Source: Bryobacteraceae bacterium
GTDB taxonomy: Bacteria > Acidobacteriota > Terriglobia > Bryobacterales > Bryobacteraceae
DNA: 64,000 nucleotides
NCBI GenBank assembly: GCA_031969915.1
Contig: DALYJJ010000002.1
Span: 12,209-76,208 of the forward strand
Direction: 5' to 3'
Positions 49,023 to 58,800 of the stretch are shown here, piece after piece (positions within the stretch are counted from its first letter, which is position 1; each line of letters opens with the position of its first letter). The position numbers and the translations under genes were made by a program. The notes beneath the pieces were generated by a model. It had not been told where the DNA came from. It did not search any database and saw only the letters and a program-made list of their open reading frames with translations.

Positions 49023-49134
49023 ACGGTTTCAAGGTAGCATGCACTCGCCCAAAGGGGGGAGGGGGACGCGGAGAGAGTTGCAAGCTCGTTGGCAGATATG
49101 ACAACATGAAGGGATGGAGGCTGCACAATAGCCC

Positions 49135-49488
49135 GTGGCGGAAGCCCGCAAAACGCGGACTGTCTCATGGATGAAAGCCGCGCTGCATGACTTCGGGAAG
49201 TTCCCGGAAGGTGCAAGGACGATTTGCCTCACTGCGCTGACGATCGCGGCCGAGGGCGGCAAGGCCGATATCGCGAAGCCCTTGCACGGTCTGGGGTCGG
49301 GCGTGATGGAGATTGCACTGCCGTTTAGGGGCGACGCTTTCCGCGTCGTCTATGCCCTGCAGATTGGCGAAGACATCTGGGTGCTGCATGCTTTTCAGAA
49401 GAAATCGACGAAAAGCATTATGACGCCCAAACACGAGATGAACCTCATAAAGGACCGTCTGAAGAGACTGAAGGAGATGCTGAAATGA
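49135..49488 (+). CDS. type II toxin, RelE/ParE superfamily, Gp49-like (HigB-type)
   Basis: ...TVSWMKAALHDFGKFPEGAR......L..A.EGGKADIAKPLHGLGSGVMEIALPFRGDAFRVVYALQIGEDIWVLHAFQKKSTKSIMTPKHEMNLIKDRLKRLKE matches the Gp49/DUF891 toxin pattern. I kept the GTG start at 49135 because family members begin before the conserved Trp. An alternative ATG lies at 49171. Confidence 0.8.
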   Translation: MAEARKTRTVSWMKAALHDFGKFPEGARTICLTALTIAAEGGKADIAKPLHGLGSGVMEIALPFRGDAFRVVYALQIGEDIWVLHAFQKKSTKSIMTPKHEMNLIKDRLKRLKEMLK

Positions 49489-49811
49489 AACGCGAGGCAA
49501 AACTCGGTGTGGTGCGCGGTAGCGGCAACGTCTTCCGCGACGTTGGAGCGAAGAACGCAGACGCGGAGCAATTCAAGGCCATCCTCGCCGCCGAAATCAT
49601 CAAGGTGCTCGACCGCGAGAAACTGACCGTACGCGCGGCGCATGCAAGGACCGGCTTTGCCGCTGCCGACTTCTCCCGCATCCGCAACGCGGACCTCGGC
49701 CGATTCACCGTCGATCGGTTGATGGCGATCATCAACCGGCTTGGCTCGCGCGTCGAGGTGAGAATTCGCGTGCGTCGCGCCGAAGACGTCATGCATGAGG
49801 TGACGGCGTGA
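49485..49811 (+). CDS. XRE-family HTH antitoxin (HigA-type)
   Basis: The ATG overlaps the toxin stop (ATGA). 108 aa: VVRGSGNVFRDVG..NADAEQFKA.LAAEIIKVLDREKLTVRAAHARTGFAAADFSRIRNADLGRFTVDRLMAIINRLG is the usual partner of Gp49-like toxins. Toxin-first order matches HigBA. Confidence 0.8.
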   Translation: MKREAKLGVVRGSGNVFRDVGAKNADAEQFKAILAAEIIKVLDREKLTVRAAHARTGFAAADFSRIRNADLGRFTVDRLMAIINRLGSRVEVRIRVRRAEDVMHEVTA

Positions 49812-50023
49812 ATCGGATCATTGAGCGATTTCACCACCCGGGCGGCGCGCTGACTCTGCTCCGACACTCCAAGTCTACCAGCCGCGAAACGGAACGGCCT
49901 CCGCAGGCTCGGCGCGCATCTTTACCTTGATATACAGTGTTGTAGACCTGTTAGTACTATTCTGCCGAAACTTCTTCTATCTTGCCTTGAAGCGGGGCCG
50001 TCCCAGGTGATCCAATCGCCGGT

Positions 50024-50737
50024 ATGGCTTCCCGCCCATTGCGCCGAGTTTCTTCGCTAATACTGTATCTTGCTTTGTCCGCCGCAATTGCCAGCGCCGA
50101 TTACGACACAAGTTCCATACACCACTCCGCTGTCGTCCCGTTCGGCTTCTGGGAGTTCGACGAGCTCGGAGTGCGGGACTTAGTCTTTCCCTCGTTTGAC
50201 TCCTCCCTCGGCGAGCTTAGAAGAGCCCACATCTACGTCTCCGCCTTATCGCACGGAGACTTCCTTGTGTGTAATAACAGCAACGCGATAGGAAGCTGGT
50301 CAATCGAAATGGGCCGGAGTTACAGTGTTCGGCGGGCTGCACAAACGCCACTCGCGACCGCCTCGACGGTAACATATAACCACGCGAACTGGATTGCTCC
50401 TGGACAATGTGAATGGGTAGCTAATCAACCCTATCGGTCGATTCAGAGCAACGTCCGTCTCACCGGACCCGAGTTGGCGTACTTCCAGACAGCGAACGTG
50501 ATTCGCTTAGCACTGTCGCAGGAATTCAATTACAATCGTGCCTGGTGGCATACTTGGCCGGTGATTGTCGATTACAGCGGCGCCAGTTTTAGTGTGCTTG
50601 TCAACGTTAGTTACGAGTACGTCGAGCACTCCCCGGCTGAAGTGCCTGAACCGGAAGCTTACTCCGCTATCGTGGCGCTCGGCGTCGTTGCGATGGTTGC
50701 GATTCGCAGCCGTTTCCGTCCCAGACGGCTCCGTTAG
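50024..50737 (+). CDS. PEP-CTERM sorting-domain protein (exosortase substrate)
   Basis: Signal peptide MASRPLRRVSSLILYLALSAAIASA. The C-terminus VPEPEAYSAIVALGVVAMVAIRSRFRPRRLR is PEP plus a TM helix plus a basic tail. The gene and its upstream region are visibly more AT-rich than the rest of the window. Confidence 0.75.
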   Translation: MASRPLRRVSSLILYLALSAAIASADYDTSSIHHSAVVPFGFWEFDELGVRDLVFPSFDSSLGELRRAHIYVSALSHGDFLVCNNSNAIGSWSIEMGRSYSVRRAAQTPLATASTVTYNHANWIAPGQCEWVANQPYRSIQSNVRLTGPELAYFQTANVIRLALSQEFNYNRAWWHTWPVIVDYSGASFSVLVNVSYEYVEHSPAEVPEPEAYSAIVALGVVAMVAIRSRFRPRRLR

Positions 50738-51588
50738 TGCAGGCCCGCGAGGAACGCGCGGGCGACTTCGGGCACGGGCCGCCGGTCCTGATCGACGGCA
50801 CGGTTCATGTTCCGCATCGCCTGCTCAGAGATCCGCCCGGACAGCCCGGAAAGCGCGGCGTGCAGTCCGGGAAAGCGGCTCAGAGCTTCATCGCGGACGA
50901 TGATCGCGCACTGATACGGCGGGAAGTAGGAGCGGTCGTCTTCGAGCATCCGGAACCGCGGGTTGGCCAGCATGCCGTCCGTGGAACTGGCCGCGCCCAT
51001 TTCGATTCGGCCGGCCTCGATCGCCGGATAGAGCAACCCCAGGTCCATGGTCACCGGTGCGCCGTCCAGGCGCAGCCCATACGCCGCGGTCAGACCGCGG
51101 AGCCCGTCGGGCCGGCTCACAAACTCGTAGCCGACGCCGATCCGCCACGGTCTGGCACGGCGCGCGGCCTCCGTCAAAGTCCGCTCCGGGCTCGCACTGG
51201 TAATGACCATCGCAAACGTGTTGTTGAAACCCAGGGGATCAAGCCAGGTCAGGCCCGCCGCGCGATAGCCGGCGCGCACGGTGGAGAGCGCTGCCTTCGG
51301 ATCGGTAGTCGCCGGTTGCTTCAGGATCGCGGTGAGCGCGGTGCCGGTGTACTCGGGATAGAGATCGATGCCGCCGCTCTTGAGCGCCTCATGCGCCAGC
51401 AAGGTGCCGCCCAGGTTCAAGCGGCGGTCCACCGGGAGGTTGAGCTTGGCCTCGATCTGCTGCGCCAGGATCTCGCCGAGAATCACTTGTTCGGTGAAGT
51501 TCTTCGAGCCGACGACCACTCGGGGCGTGCCGGAGCAGCCGGTCGCTGCCAACGCCGCCACTACCAGGCAAATCGACGTTCGATCCAT
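50734..51588 (-). CDS. osmoprotectant (glycine betaine/choline-type) ABC transporter substrate-binding lipoprotein
   Basis: The real start is the ATG at 51588 (MDRTSICLVVAALAATGCSG, a lipobox). VVVGSKNFTEQVILGEILAQ...GGIDLYPEYTGTAL is the OpuBC/OsmX-family pattern. Track ORF 50734..52278 is over-extended. Confidence 0.82.
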   Translation of the reverse strand: MDRTSICLVVAALAATGCSGTPRVVVGSKNFTEQVILGEILAQQIEAKLNLPVDRRLNLGGTLLAHEALKSGGIDLYPEYTGTALTAILKQPATTDPKAALSTVRAGYRAAGLTWLDPLGFNNTFAMVITSASPERTLTEAARRARPWRIGVGYEFVSRPDGLRGLTAAYGLRLDGAPVTMDLGLLYPAIEAGRIEMGAASSTDGMLANPRFRMLEDDRSYFPPYQCAIIVRDEALSRFPGLHAALSGLSGRISEQAMRNMNRAVDQDRRPVPEVARAFLAGLH

Positions 51589-52163
51589 CCGAGCACCTCG
51601 TCGGCCGCGATGGCCATTAGCGCGGCGGGAATGGCGCCGGCCAGAATTGTGGACGGGTCCGCCATGGCGATCCCGCGAAAAACGAACGTTCCCAGGCCGC
51701 CGCCCCCGATCGCCGCGGCGATGGTGGCGGTGCCGATGGTGGCCACCGTGGCAATGCGAACGCCTGCCAGGATGGTGGGAAAGGCGAGCGGCAGTTCGAC
51801 GCGCCACAACAACTCGCCGGAGGTCATGCCCATGGCCACGGCGGATTCGCGAACCGCGCGGTCGACTCCGAGAATCCCCACCGTGAAATTGCGCAGGATC
51901 GGGAGCAGGGCGTACAGGACGAGGGCGAGAATCGCCGTTCGCCTGCCGATGCCGCCGATCAAGGGAACGGGCAGCAGGAAGCCGAAGAGGGCAAGACTGG
52001 GGATGGTCTGCAGCACTCCGACCACCGCCATCGCCGCCCGGCGGACGCGCGCCCGGCGCGCCAGGAACACACCGAGCGGCCCGCCGGCGGCAAGGGCCGC
52101 GATGAGAGAAATGAACACCAGCCAAAAATGCTCGAGCGTCGCGGCCAGCACTTCGGCGGTCAT
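51561..52163 (-). CDS. osmoprotectant ABC transporter permease
   Basis: The real start is the ATG at 52163 (MTAEVLAATLEHFWLVFISL...). 200 aa and about 5 TM helices. The BPD-transporter EAA-like loop is RESAVAMGMTSGELLWRVELPLAFP. The stop region overlaps the substrate-binding gene start by 28 nt. Confidence 0.85.
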   Translation of the reverse strand: MTAEVLAATLEHFWLVFISLIAALAAGGPLGVFLARRARVRRAAMAVVGVLQTIPSLALFGFLLPVPLIGGIGRRTAILALVLYALLPILRNFTVGILGVDRAVRESAVAMGMTSGELLWRVELPLAFPTILAGVRIATVATIGTATIAAAIGGGGLGTFVFRGIAMADPSTILAGAIPAALMAIAADEVLGWIERRFAW

Positions 52164-52891
52164 GCGGAAAGCGTCTCCAGAAACCGTCTCGCTTCCGGCG
52201 CGCCGCTGGCGGCAAACGCGCTCGGCTCGGCCACCAGGTCGAGGCGGCCCTCCCGCAGCAGGGCGATGCGGGAACCAAGCATCAGCGCCTCGCGCACGTC
52301 GTGGGTAACGAAAACGGAGGTCGTGCCCAGGCCGCGCCGCAATTCGAGAAAAAGCCGCTGCATGGCGAAGCGCGTGATCGGGTCGAGCGCGGCGAACGGC
52401 TCGTCGAACAGCAGCAGCGGCGGGGCGGCGGCCAGAGCGCGCGCGATACCCACCCGCTGCTTCTCGCCCCCGGAGAGTTGCCGCGGGTAGCGCGAGGCGT
52501 ACACGGCGGGCTCCAGGTGCATCGCTTCCAGCAGTTCGCCGACGCGCCGGCGCGTGCGCTCCGCGGGCCATCCTTCCAGTTTCGGTACCAGGGCCACGTT
52601 CTCGGCGACCGTCATGTGCGGGAACAGACCACCCTCCTGAATGACGTAACCGATGCGACGGCGGAGGGCCGTTGCTTCGCGGCTCCGCGTGTCTTCGCCT
52701 TCGAACCACACGGCGCCGCGCGTGGTCTCGATCAGGCGGTTTACGGTCTTGAGCAAGGTGGTCTTTCCGGAGCCGCTGCGGCCCAGCAAGACCAGCGTCT
52801 CGCCCTCTTCCACGAACAAGTCGATCCCGCGCAGCACCGGCCGTCCGTCGATCTCACACCACACTTCGCGAAACTCAACCAGCGCCGCCAT
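52160..52891 (-). CDS. ABC transporter ATP-binding protein (osmoprotectant uptake)
   Basis: Walker A GRSGSGKTT, Q-loop, signature LSGGEKQRVGIARAL, Walker B LLLFDEPF, H-loop VTHD. 243 aa, so it lacks the CBS tandem found in OpuA/OpuC ATPases. The stop overlaps the permease start (ATGA). Confidence 0.9.
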   Translation of the reverse strand: MAALVEFREVWCEIDGRPVLRGIDLFVEEGETLVLLGRSGSGKTTLLKTVNRLIETTRGAVWFEGEDTRSREATALRRRIGYVIQEGGLFPHMTVAENVALVPKLEGWPAERTRRRVGELLEAMHLEPAVYASRYPRQLSGGEKQRVGIARALAAAPPLLLFDEPFAALDPITRFAMQRLFLELRRGLGTTSVFVTHDVREALMLGSRIALLREGRLDLVAEPSAFAASGAPEARRFLETLSA

Positions 52892-52990
52892 GCCCGTCTA
52901 TCTTAACCGGAGGACGCCCCGGAGCCGCGATGTGACCGATGTAACGCTACCGCAAGCGCGCCGATTGGACGATAGCTTTCGTGGACGCCC

Positions 52991-54247
52991 ATGGAACAGA
53001 TACCTTGCCCCGACGGTTATCTTTTGGACGCGCGATCGCCCCTCGCCGAAGGTCACCATGCCCTGAACCACTACCTGGTGCGCGTCGAGGAGGCCGGCTG
53101 GCGCAAGGCCCTGCAGGAAGTGAACGGTATTCGCGACAAGCGCAGAAAGCTGTTGGTCTGGAAGGCTCTGCTCCAGCGGTTCGCCTGGCTTCGGGATCAC
53201 GCGCCCGAGAGCGCCGTCCTGAGTCCGCTGCGGGGCCTCGGAGAGCGGATCGAGAAATGGACACTCGCCCCGCCGGAGCAGGATCTCATTGAGATTCTGG
53301 AGGCGACGGCGGCGGTTTCGGATTTCGCCGGACCCTACGCGCCGCTGCCGCACGTTCTTGCGTATCTCGACGAATCGGCGCATACGGCGACGCTGGCGGC
53401 CGCCATTCGCGTCTTCCGGGAACGCACCTGGGATCACCGCTACGTCGTGAACCAGGTAAGTCTGCAACTGTTCCGGTCGCGGCTGGACATGCTGGCCTGG
53501 CGCGACGAATGGACTCCCATTGACCGCCCGCGCTGTTGGAGCGAGCAGGTGCGTGCGGACTTCCGCGAGATGGAAGGAGCGCGGCGTGGGCCGTGGCGCT
53601 CGCTGCTCTACAGCATCCGCGGCGATGAAACCGGCCGTCCCGCGCCGCGCTGGATTCCCGCTTCTCAGGCCGTGGTGACGGCGATCGGCTCGAATCAGTT
53701 CCGCCAAACGCTGCTCCGGTGGCTGGGCCCGCTCACGCCCGGCGCCACCGTGCGGCTCTCGCGCGAAGGCAGCTACCTGCTGCGGTCGCTCCTGTGGCTT
53801 GGGGCATCGCTCGGCGATGCGGACGTGCTGGCGGCGATCGCCCACATCCGCGGCGTGGAGTTCAAGCCGAAGGCAAACGGCGAGAAGGTTCTGCGTGCCG
53901 CGGCGGAGGCGTTGGGACAACCGGATCCGACCGTCAGACCGCCCGCCGCTACGCCGAGCTTCGCCGAACTGGTGGGCCGTGGGCTTTCCGTGGCGATGAG
54001 TTCGATGAACGTCGCACCCGGCAGAATCGGCGTCGAAAGGGACGTGATTCACGTGCGCGGAAGGCGAGACAGCTACGAAGTGCACATCGCCAGCCGCATG
54101 GCATACCGTACCAGCGACGGGCGCGCGATGCGGATCGATGCAGGCCCTCCTGCGGCGGCGCCCGGCGGGTTGCCGGATGTGGCCGGGATCAGTGCGTTGC
54201 TCCAAGCCGTGCAGGCGCTCGCGAACGACGAATTCGATCCGGCGTAG
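52991..54247 (+). CDS. hypothetical protein (418 aa, helical, no signal peptide)
   Basis: Long uninterrupted ORF with an ATG start and codon usage like its neighbours. I recognise no family motif. Confidence 0.5.
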   Translation: MEQIPCPDGYLLDARSPLAEGHHALNHYLVRVEEAGWRKALQEVNGIRDKRRKLLVWKALLQRFAWLRDHAPESAVLSPLRGLGERIEKWTLAPPEQDLIEILEATAAVSDFAGPYAPLPHVLAYLDESAHTATLAAAIRVFRERTWDHRYVVNQVSLQLFRSRLDMLAWRDEWTPIDRPRCWSEQVRADFREMEGARRGPWRSLLYSIRGDETGRPAPRWIPASQAVVTAIGSNQFRQTLLRWLGPLTPGATVRLSREGSYLLRSLLWLGASLGDADVLAAIAHIRGVEFKPKANGEKVLRAAAEALGQPDPTVRPPAATPSFAELVGRGLSVAMSSMNVAPGRIGVERDVIHVRGRRDSYEVHIASRMAYRTSDGRAMRIDAGPPAAAPGGLPDVAGISALLQAVQALANDEFDPA

Positions 54248-54291
54248 GGCCGGCGGAGCGCGCGGTTGAACGCGCGGGCCGGTAAACTGAT

Positions 54292-54321
54292 GCCGAGATG
54301 CAACACGCCGAGATGCAACAC
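54292..54321 (+). repeat. perfect 15-bp tandem duplication spanning the sulfatase start codon
   Basis: GCCGAGATGCAACAC occurs twice back to back (54292..54306 and 54307..54321). This creates the duplicated N-terminus MQHAE-MQH ahead of the Tat-like MTRRRLLQAG. Confidence 0.9.
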
Positions 54322-55794
54322 ACGATGACGCGCCGCCGTCTGCTGCAGGCCGGTCTCTCGCTGCCCGCGTTGCTGCGCGGCTCGCGGACCCCAGGCTACA
54401 ACGTCCTGTTCATCGCCGTGGACGACCTGAAGCCGGTGACCCGGTGCTATGGGAACTCGCTGGCGGCGACGCCGAACATCGACCGGCTCGCCTCCGAGGG
54501 GCTGATGTTCACACGCGCCTACTGCCAGCAGGCCGTGTGCAGTCCCAGCCGGACGTCGCTGCTGACGGGAAGGCGGCCGGACACAACGCGCGTCTACGAC
54601 TTGCAGACCCACTTCCGCACCAACCTGCCGGACGTGGTTACGTTACCGCAGCACTTCCGCAACCACGGTTACGAGACCAGCGGGTTCAGCAAGATCTACC
54701 ATGGCGGCCTGGACGACATCCACTCCTGGAGCATTCCGTCGTGGCTGCCAGGCCCGGGACTTGCCTGGAACACGCCGGAGAACGCCCGGCGGGCGGAGCG
54801 CGCGCACGCCACCCTGGAGAGGCGTGGAATGCGTGCCGAGCCCACGCCACCGCGTTCCGAGGAGGACCGGGCGCGCCGGGGACCATCCTGGGAATCGCGC
54901 GACGTCGCCGACAACGAGCTGCCCGACGGCAAGACCGCCGATGCGGTAGCGAGCGCGCTGCGGGCCCTGAAGGACAAGCCGTTCTTTCTCGCCGCCGGCT
55001 TCCTGAAGCCGCACCTTCCCTTCACGGCGCCCAAGCGATACTTCGACCTGTATCGCAACGCAGAATTCCACATGCCGCCCAATCCGCTCCCGCCGGAAGG
55101 CGCGCCGGCCATGGCGCTTCACCAATCCGGCGAACTGCGCTCCTATCTCGACATTCCCCCTGAGGGCCCGATTCCCGACGGCAAGGGATTGGAGTTGATC
55201 CGGGCCTATCACGCGGCGATGAGCTACACGGACGCCCAAGTGGGGCGGCTTCTGAATACTCTCGACGAGCTCGACTTGCGAAGAAAGACAGTGGTCATCC
55301 TCTGGGGCGACCACGGCTGGCACCTGGGCGATCACGGGCTCTGGAACAAACACACCAATTTCGAGCAGGCCACGCGAGCGCCGTTGATCGTCAGCGTCCC
55401 CGGGCAAAAGACCGCGGGCCGGAGCACCGCCTCGCTCACGGAGTTTGTCGACATCTACCCGTCGTTGGCAGAGATCTGTGGCCTCCCCTCGCCGCAGGGT
55501 GTGGAAGGCCTGAGCTTCGCGCCGCTGCTGCGCGACCCCGGCCGCAGGATCAAGCGGGTGGCGTTTAGCCAATACCCGCGTGGCGGTGCCATGGGGTACT
55601 CGGTTCGCAACGAGCGCTATCGATACACGGAATGGGTTGTGCGCGGGGAGGGCGTCAGGGGCATCGAGTTGTACGACTACGAAACCGATCCACTGGAACG
55701 GCGCAGCATTGCGGCGAAGTGGGAGATGGTCACCGTGATCCGTGAGGCACGGACGCAACTGGAGAAGCAGTTCCGATACCAAAGCCGCCGGTAG
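54298..55794 (+). CDS. Cys-type sulfatase (iduronate-2-sulfatase-like)
   Basis: Tat-like leader MTRRRLLQAGLSLPALLRG. Signature AVCSPSRTSLLTGRRPDTTRVYD, and WGDHGWHLGDHGLWNKHTNFE. Three in-frame ATGs (54298, 54313, 54325) could serve as the start. Confidence 0.9.
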   Translation: MQHAEMQHTMTRRRLLQAGLSLPALLRGSRTPGYNVLFIAVDDLKPVTRCYGNSLAATPNIDRLASEGLMFTRAYCQQAVCSPSRTSLLTGRRPDTTRVYDLQTHFRTNLPDVVTLPQHFRNHGYETSGFSKIYHGGLDDIHSWSIPSWLPGPGLAWNTPENARRAERAHATLERRGMRAEPTPPRSEEDRARRGPSWESRDVADNELPDGKTADAVASALRALKDKPFFLAAGFLKPHLPFTAPKRYFDLYRNAEFHMPPNPLPPEGAPAMALHQSGELRSYLDIPPEGPIPDGKGLELIRAYHAAMSYTDAQVGRLLNTLDELDLRRKTVVILWGDHGWHLGDHGLWNKHTNFEQATRAPLIVSVPGQKTAGRSTASLTEFVDIYPSLAEICGLPSPQGVEGLSFAPLLRDPGRRIKRVAFSQYPRGGAMGYSVRNERYRYTEWVVRGEGVRGIELYDYETDPLERRSIAAKWEMVTVIREARTQLEKQFRYQSRR

Positions 55795-55816
55795 GCCGGC
55801 GCGCGCCGGCGGTCCC

Positions 55817-58800
55817 TCAGAAGTTGAACTTCAGACCAAGCTGGATGTTCCGCGGCGGGCCTGCGGTCGTAATGGTGCCGAAGTTATTGTCCGGCGTGAT
55901 GAGCGAGCCCCAACTGGCGCCGGGGTTCCGGTAGTTGGCACGGTTGAACATGTTGAAGAAGTCGGCTTGGAAACGAAGGCGCCAGCCGCGTTCCTTGTCG
56001 ACCACGGTTTCCTTACGCAGGGAGAAGTCCCAGAGATAGAGGCCGGGTCCGCGCACGTTGCCGGCGCCGCTGGTTCCTTCCTGGTCCTCTTCGGCCGGCG
56101 CGAAGACGTCGCGGTTCAGGTACATGTTGGGGTCACGGGTGTTGTTAATAGGATTTCCCCCGAGGTAGTTAGCGCGGCGCCCGCCGGTGTAGAGTGTGCT
56201 CGCGGATATCGTCAGCGGACCTCCGGTCTGCCCTCGCACGATGCCGCTCACCTCCCAACCGCCCAGCGCCGCGCGGCCGAATGCTTTCTTGCGGACCGCC
56301 CTGAGCGTCGGAAACCGGTACGAGTAAGTGGTCACGAAGACATGCGAACGGTCGAAACTGGCCGGACCGTAGGAGTAGTTTCTGTCCCGCCAGAAAATCC
56401 CGCTGTCCGGGTTGTCGCCGTTCCCCGAGGCGCCTGCCAGCACTTTTGACCAGGTATAACTTAGCGTGAAGTTCATTCTGCCCTTGCGCTTGGTGACGTA
56501 CGTCTGAAGTGCGTGGTAATTCGAGGTGGAGTCGGACAGGCGCTGCCGGATGGAGGAATAGCCTCTGTACGGGCGAACCGAGTTCAGGGAGGGCCGCTGC
56601 GCCGTCGGGATCTCATTGATGGCGCGCAACTCAGGGAGCGTCAGATAGTTGATATCCGGCTGCCGCAGCAAGTGGCGTCCGAACGTCCCCACGTAAGTGA
56701 CCTCCAGGAACGTGCCGAACGGCAATTCGTGCTGGATGCCGAAATTCCCGGTCATAGTGTACGGGATCTCGAGGCTCGGGTCGATGGCATCGATGTTTGC
56801 AAACGGTGTCAGCGCGGAGGCGCGCCCGCTGCGGGGATCGCTGAGGTTGGCGTTCTCGAGGCTCACGCTTTGGAGCCAAGGCGTGTAGTTCACCATCGGG
56901 AAGATAATGTTGCCCTCAGGTTTGTCGTGGAAAATGCCGAAACCAGCGCGGATGGCGGTCCGGTTGTGCCGAAACGGCGCATACGCCAGGCTGATGCGCG
57001 GCGCAAAGAGAGTGGTCACGTCATAGAGGCCCCGGGGCGCGCCCGCCGGTATGAGAGCCAGAGCCGCTTTGTCCAAACTGAGCAGGCGCCCGAGTTCCTC
57101 GTCGGGAACGCCCGAGCCGCCCCGGACCAATCCGTTATAGACGTTGCCGGAGCCGGCGACGATTGTGCCGTTGGGCAATACGGTCACGGCCTGCGCGGGG
57201 TTGTACAAGGCCGGTACGAAGTTCGTGATGTTATTCGCCTGAGTGTAAGTCGGATCGTTGCGCTGCCAGCGAACGCCGATCTCCAGGCTGAGCTTCCGGT
57301 TCACCCTCCAGGCGTCGGAGAGATACCCTTCGTAGGAACTGAACCGGAAGAAGCCGGTGGGGTCGCCGGAAGCTTCGGTGTATGTCCGGAAGTTACCCAT
57401 CAGAGCATCCGCAAAGGCGTTTGCTGTGGTTAGATTGTTGCCTGAGGTGTTGAACGCTACACTCCCCCGGAATTGGGACCGTCCGTTCTGGTCCTTGCGG
57501 TTCCGGATCACCGTGAAGCCGGCCTTCAATGTGTGGGCCCGCATAATGAACGTGAAACTCTCCATGAACTGGATATCTGTGGTTGGCGACATGAGCGCCT
57601 GGCGGGGACCGTTGATATTGGCGAAGTTCGAGATGGTGATATCTGGCATGCCGTCCGAGCCGGCGCCCGTCCAACTGTTGGCGTTGTACACCAGCGGATA
57701 TTCAAGCCCGTAGGTGGAGCGCTTCCAGGCGTCGCCCACCATCGGAATCCGCTGCCCGTTCCAGGAAGAGTTGAGCTTCAGTTCGTTGACCACGCTGGGG
57801 GAGGGAAGCCACGTGTGCGCGATCTGGTAGTTCCAGCCGGGCCGGTTCCGCTCCGTCGGCGTCATCGGCATCTGTGAGCCGAAGAACACGCCGAACGGGT
57901 CAACCAGATCGTAGTGGTCGTGCATGTAACGGAAGTAGAAGCTGTGCTTGTCGCTCTGCCGGTAATCGAGCCGGGCGATGTCCTGCCGCCAGTTGAAGGG
58001 ACTCGCAATCTGGAAGACGGTGTTGTTGCTTGTCGTCGTATCGGAATACGAGGCGGCGAGCAACTCCATTGCATCGTAGACCTTCGCAATGGCGCGGCCC
58101 TGCGGCGTGATCCTGGACGCTATGTTCCGGCCCACAATCGCGGTGGTGGTGCCCGGTTCCCGAAGGTTGCCGCTGCGCAGGGTGAAATCCCCGGCGCGTT
58201 CCGCCCTGGTGGGGAGGCTGCGCCGCGTTGGTGTCGTGTACTGCCGTATGCGCTTAAACTCCTGTCCCCCGAAGAAGAAGAGCTTCCCGCGAACGATTGG
58301 TCCTCCCAAATCCCATCCGAAGTTGTTGAAGCGGAGGGGCGGGCGTGCCGGTGAGAAGGTATTGCGCGCGTCCAGCTTGTTGTTCCGGAAGAATTCCCGG
58401 ATGCCGCCGTGGTAGCGGTCGCCTCCACCGCGTGTAACGACGTTGATCGACGACCCCGAATTCCGTCCGAACTCGGCGGAAAAAGCAGATGACTTGATGT
58501 TGACTTCGCGAATGAAGTCCACGCCCACGTTGTTGATCTGGCTCCCATTGGATCCGGAGTCCATGTTCGAGCCGCCGTCAAGCGCCAGGTAGTTCGTGTT
58601 GCCCCGGGTTCCGTTGATCGATTGCGCCGTGATGGACAGGTTGGTGGTGAGCGCCAGTTGGTCTTCGTCCAGTAACACCGCACCGGGGATGAGCGAGGTG
58701 AGCTGCATATAGTTGCGGCCGTTCAGGGCCAGGTCCTGCACCTGCGCTGTGTCGATGACGCGGCCGACTTCACCGGAGACCGTGTTGACAGCCTCGCCGG

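Noticed and set aside
48701-49070. Possible tmRNA (ssrA), considered because of the tRNA-like 3' end followed by about 300 nt of structured-looking sequence.
   Set aside because: The 5' end forms a normal tRNA-Leu acceptor, D-arm and half an anticodon arm, not a tmRNA 5' end. I found no tag-peptide reading frame or resume codon. The internal sequence carries group I intron core motifs instead.
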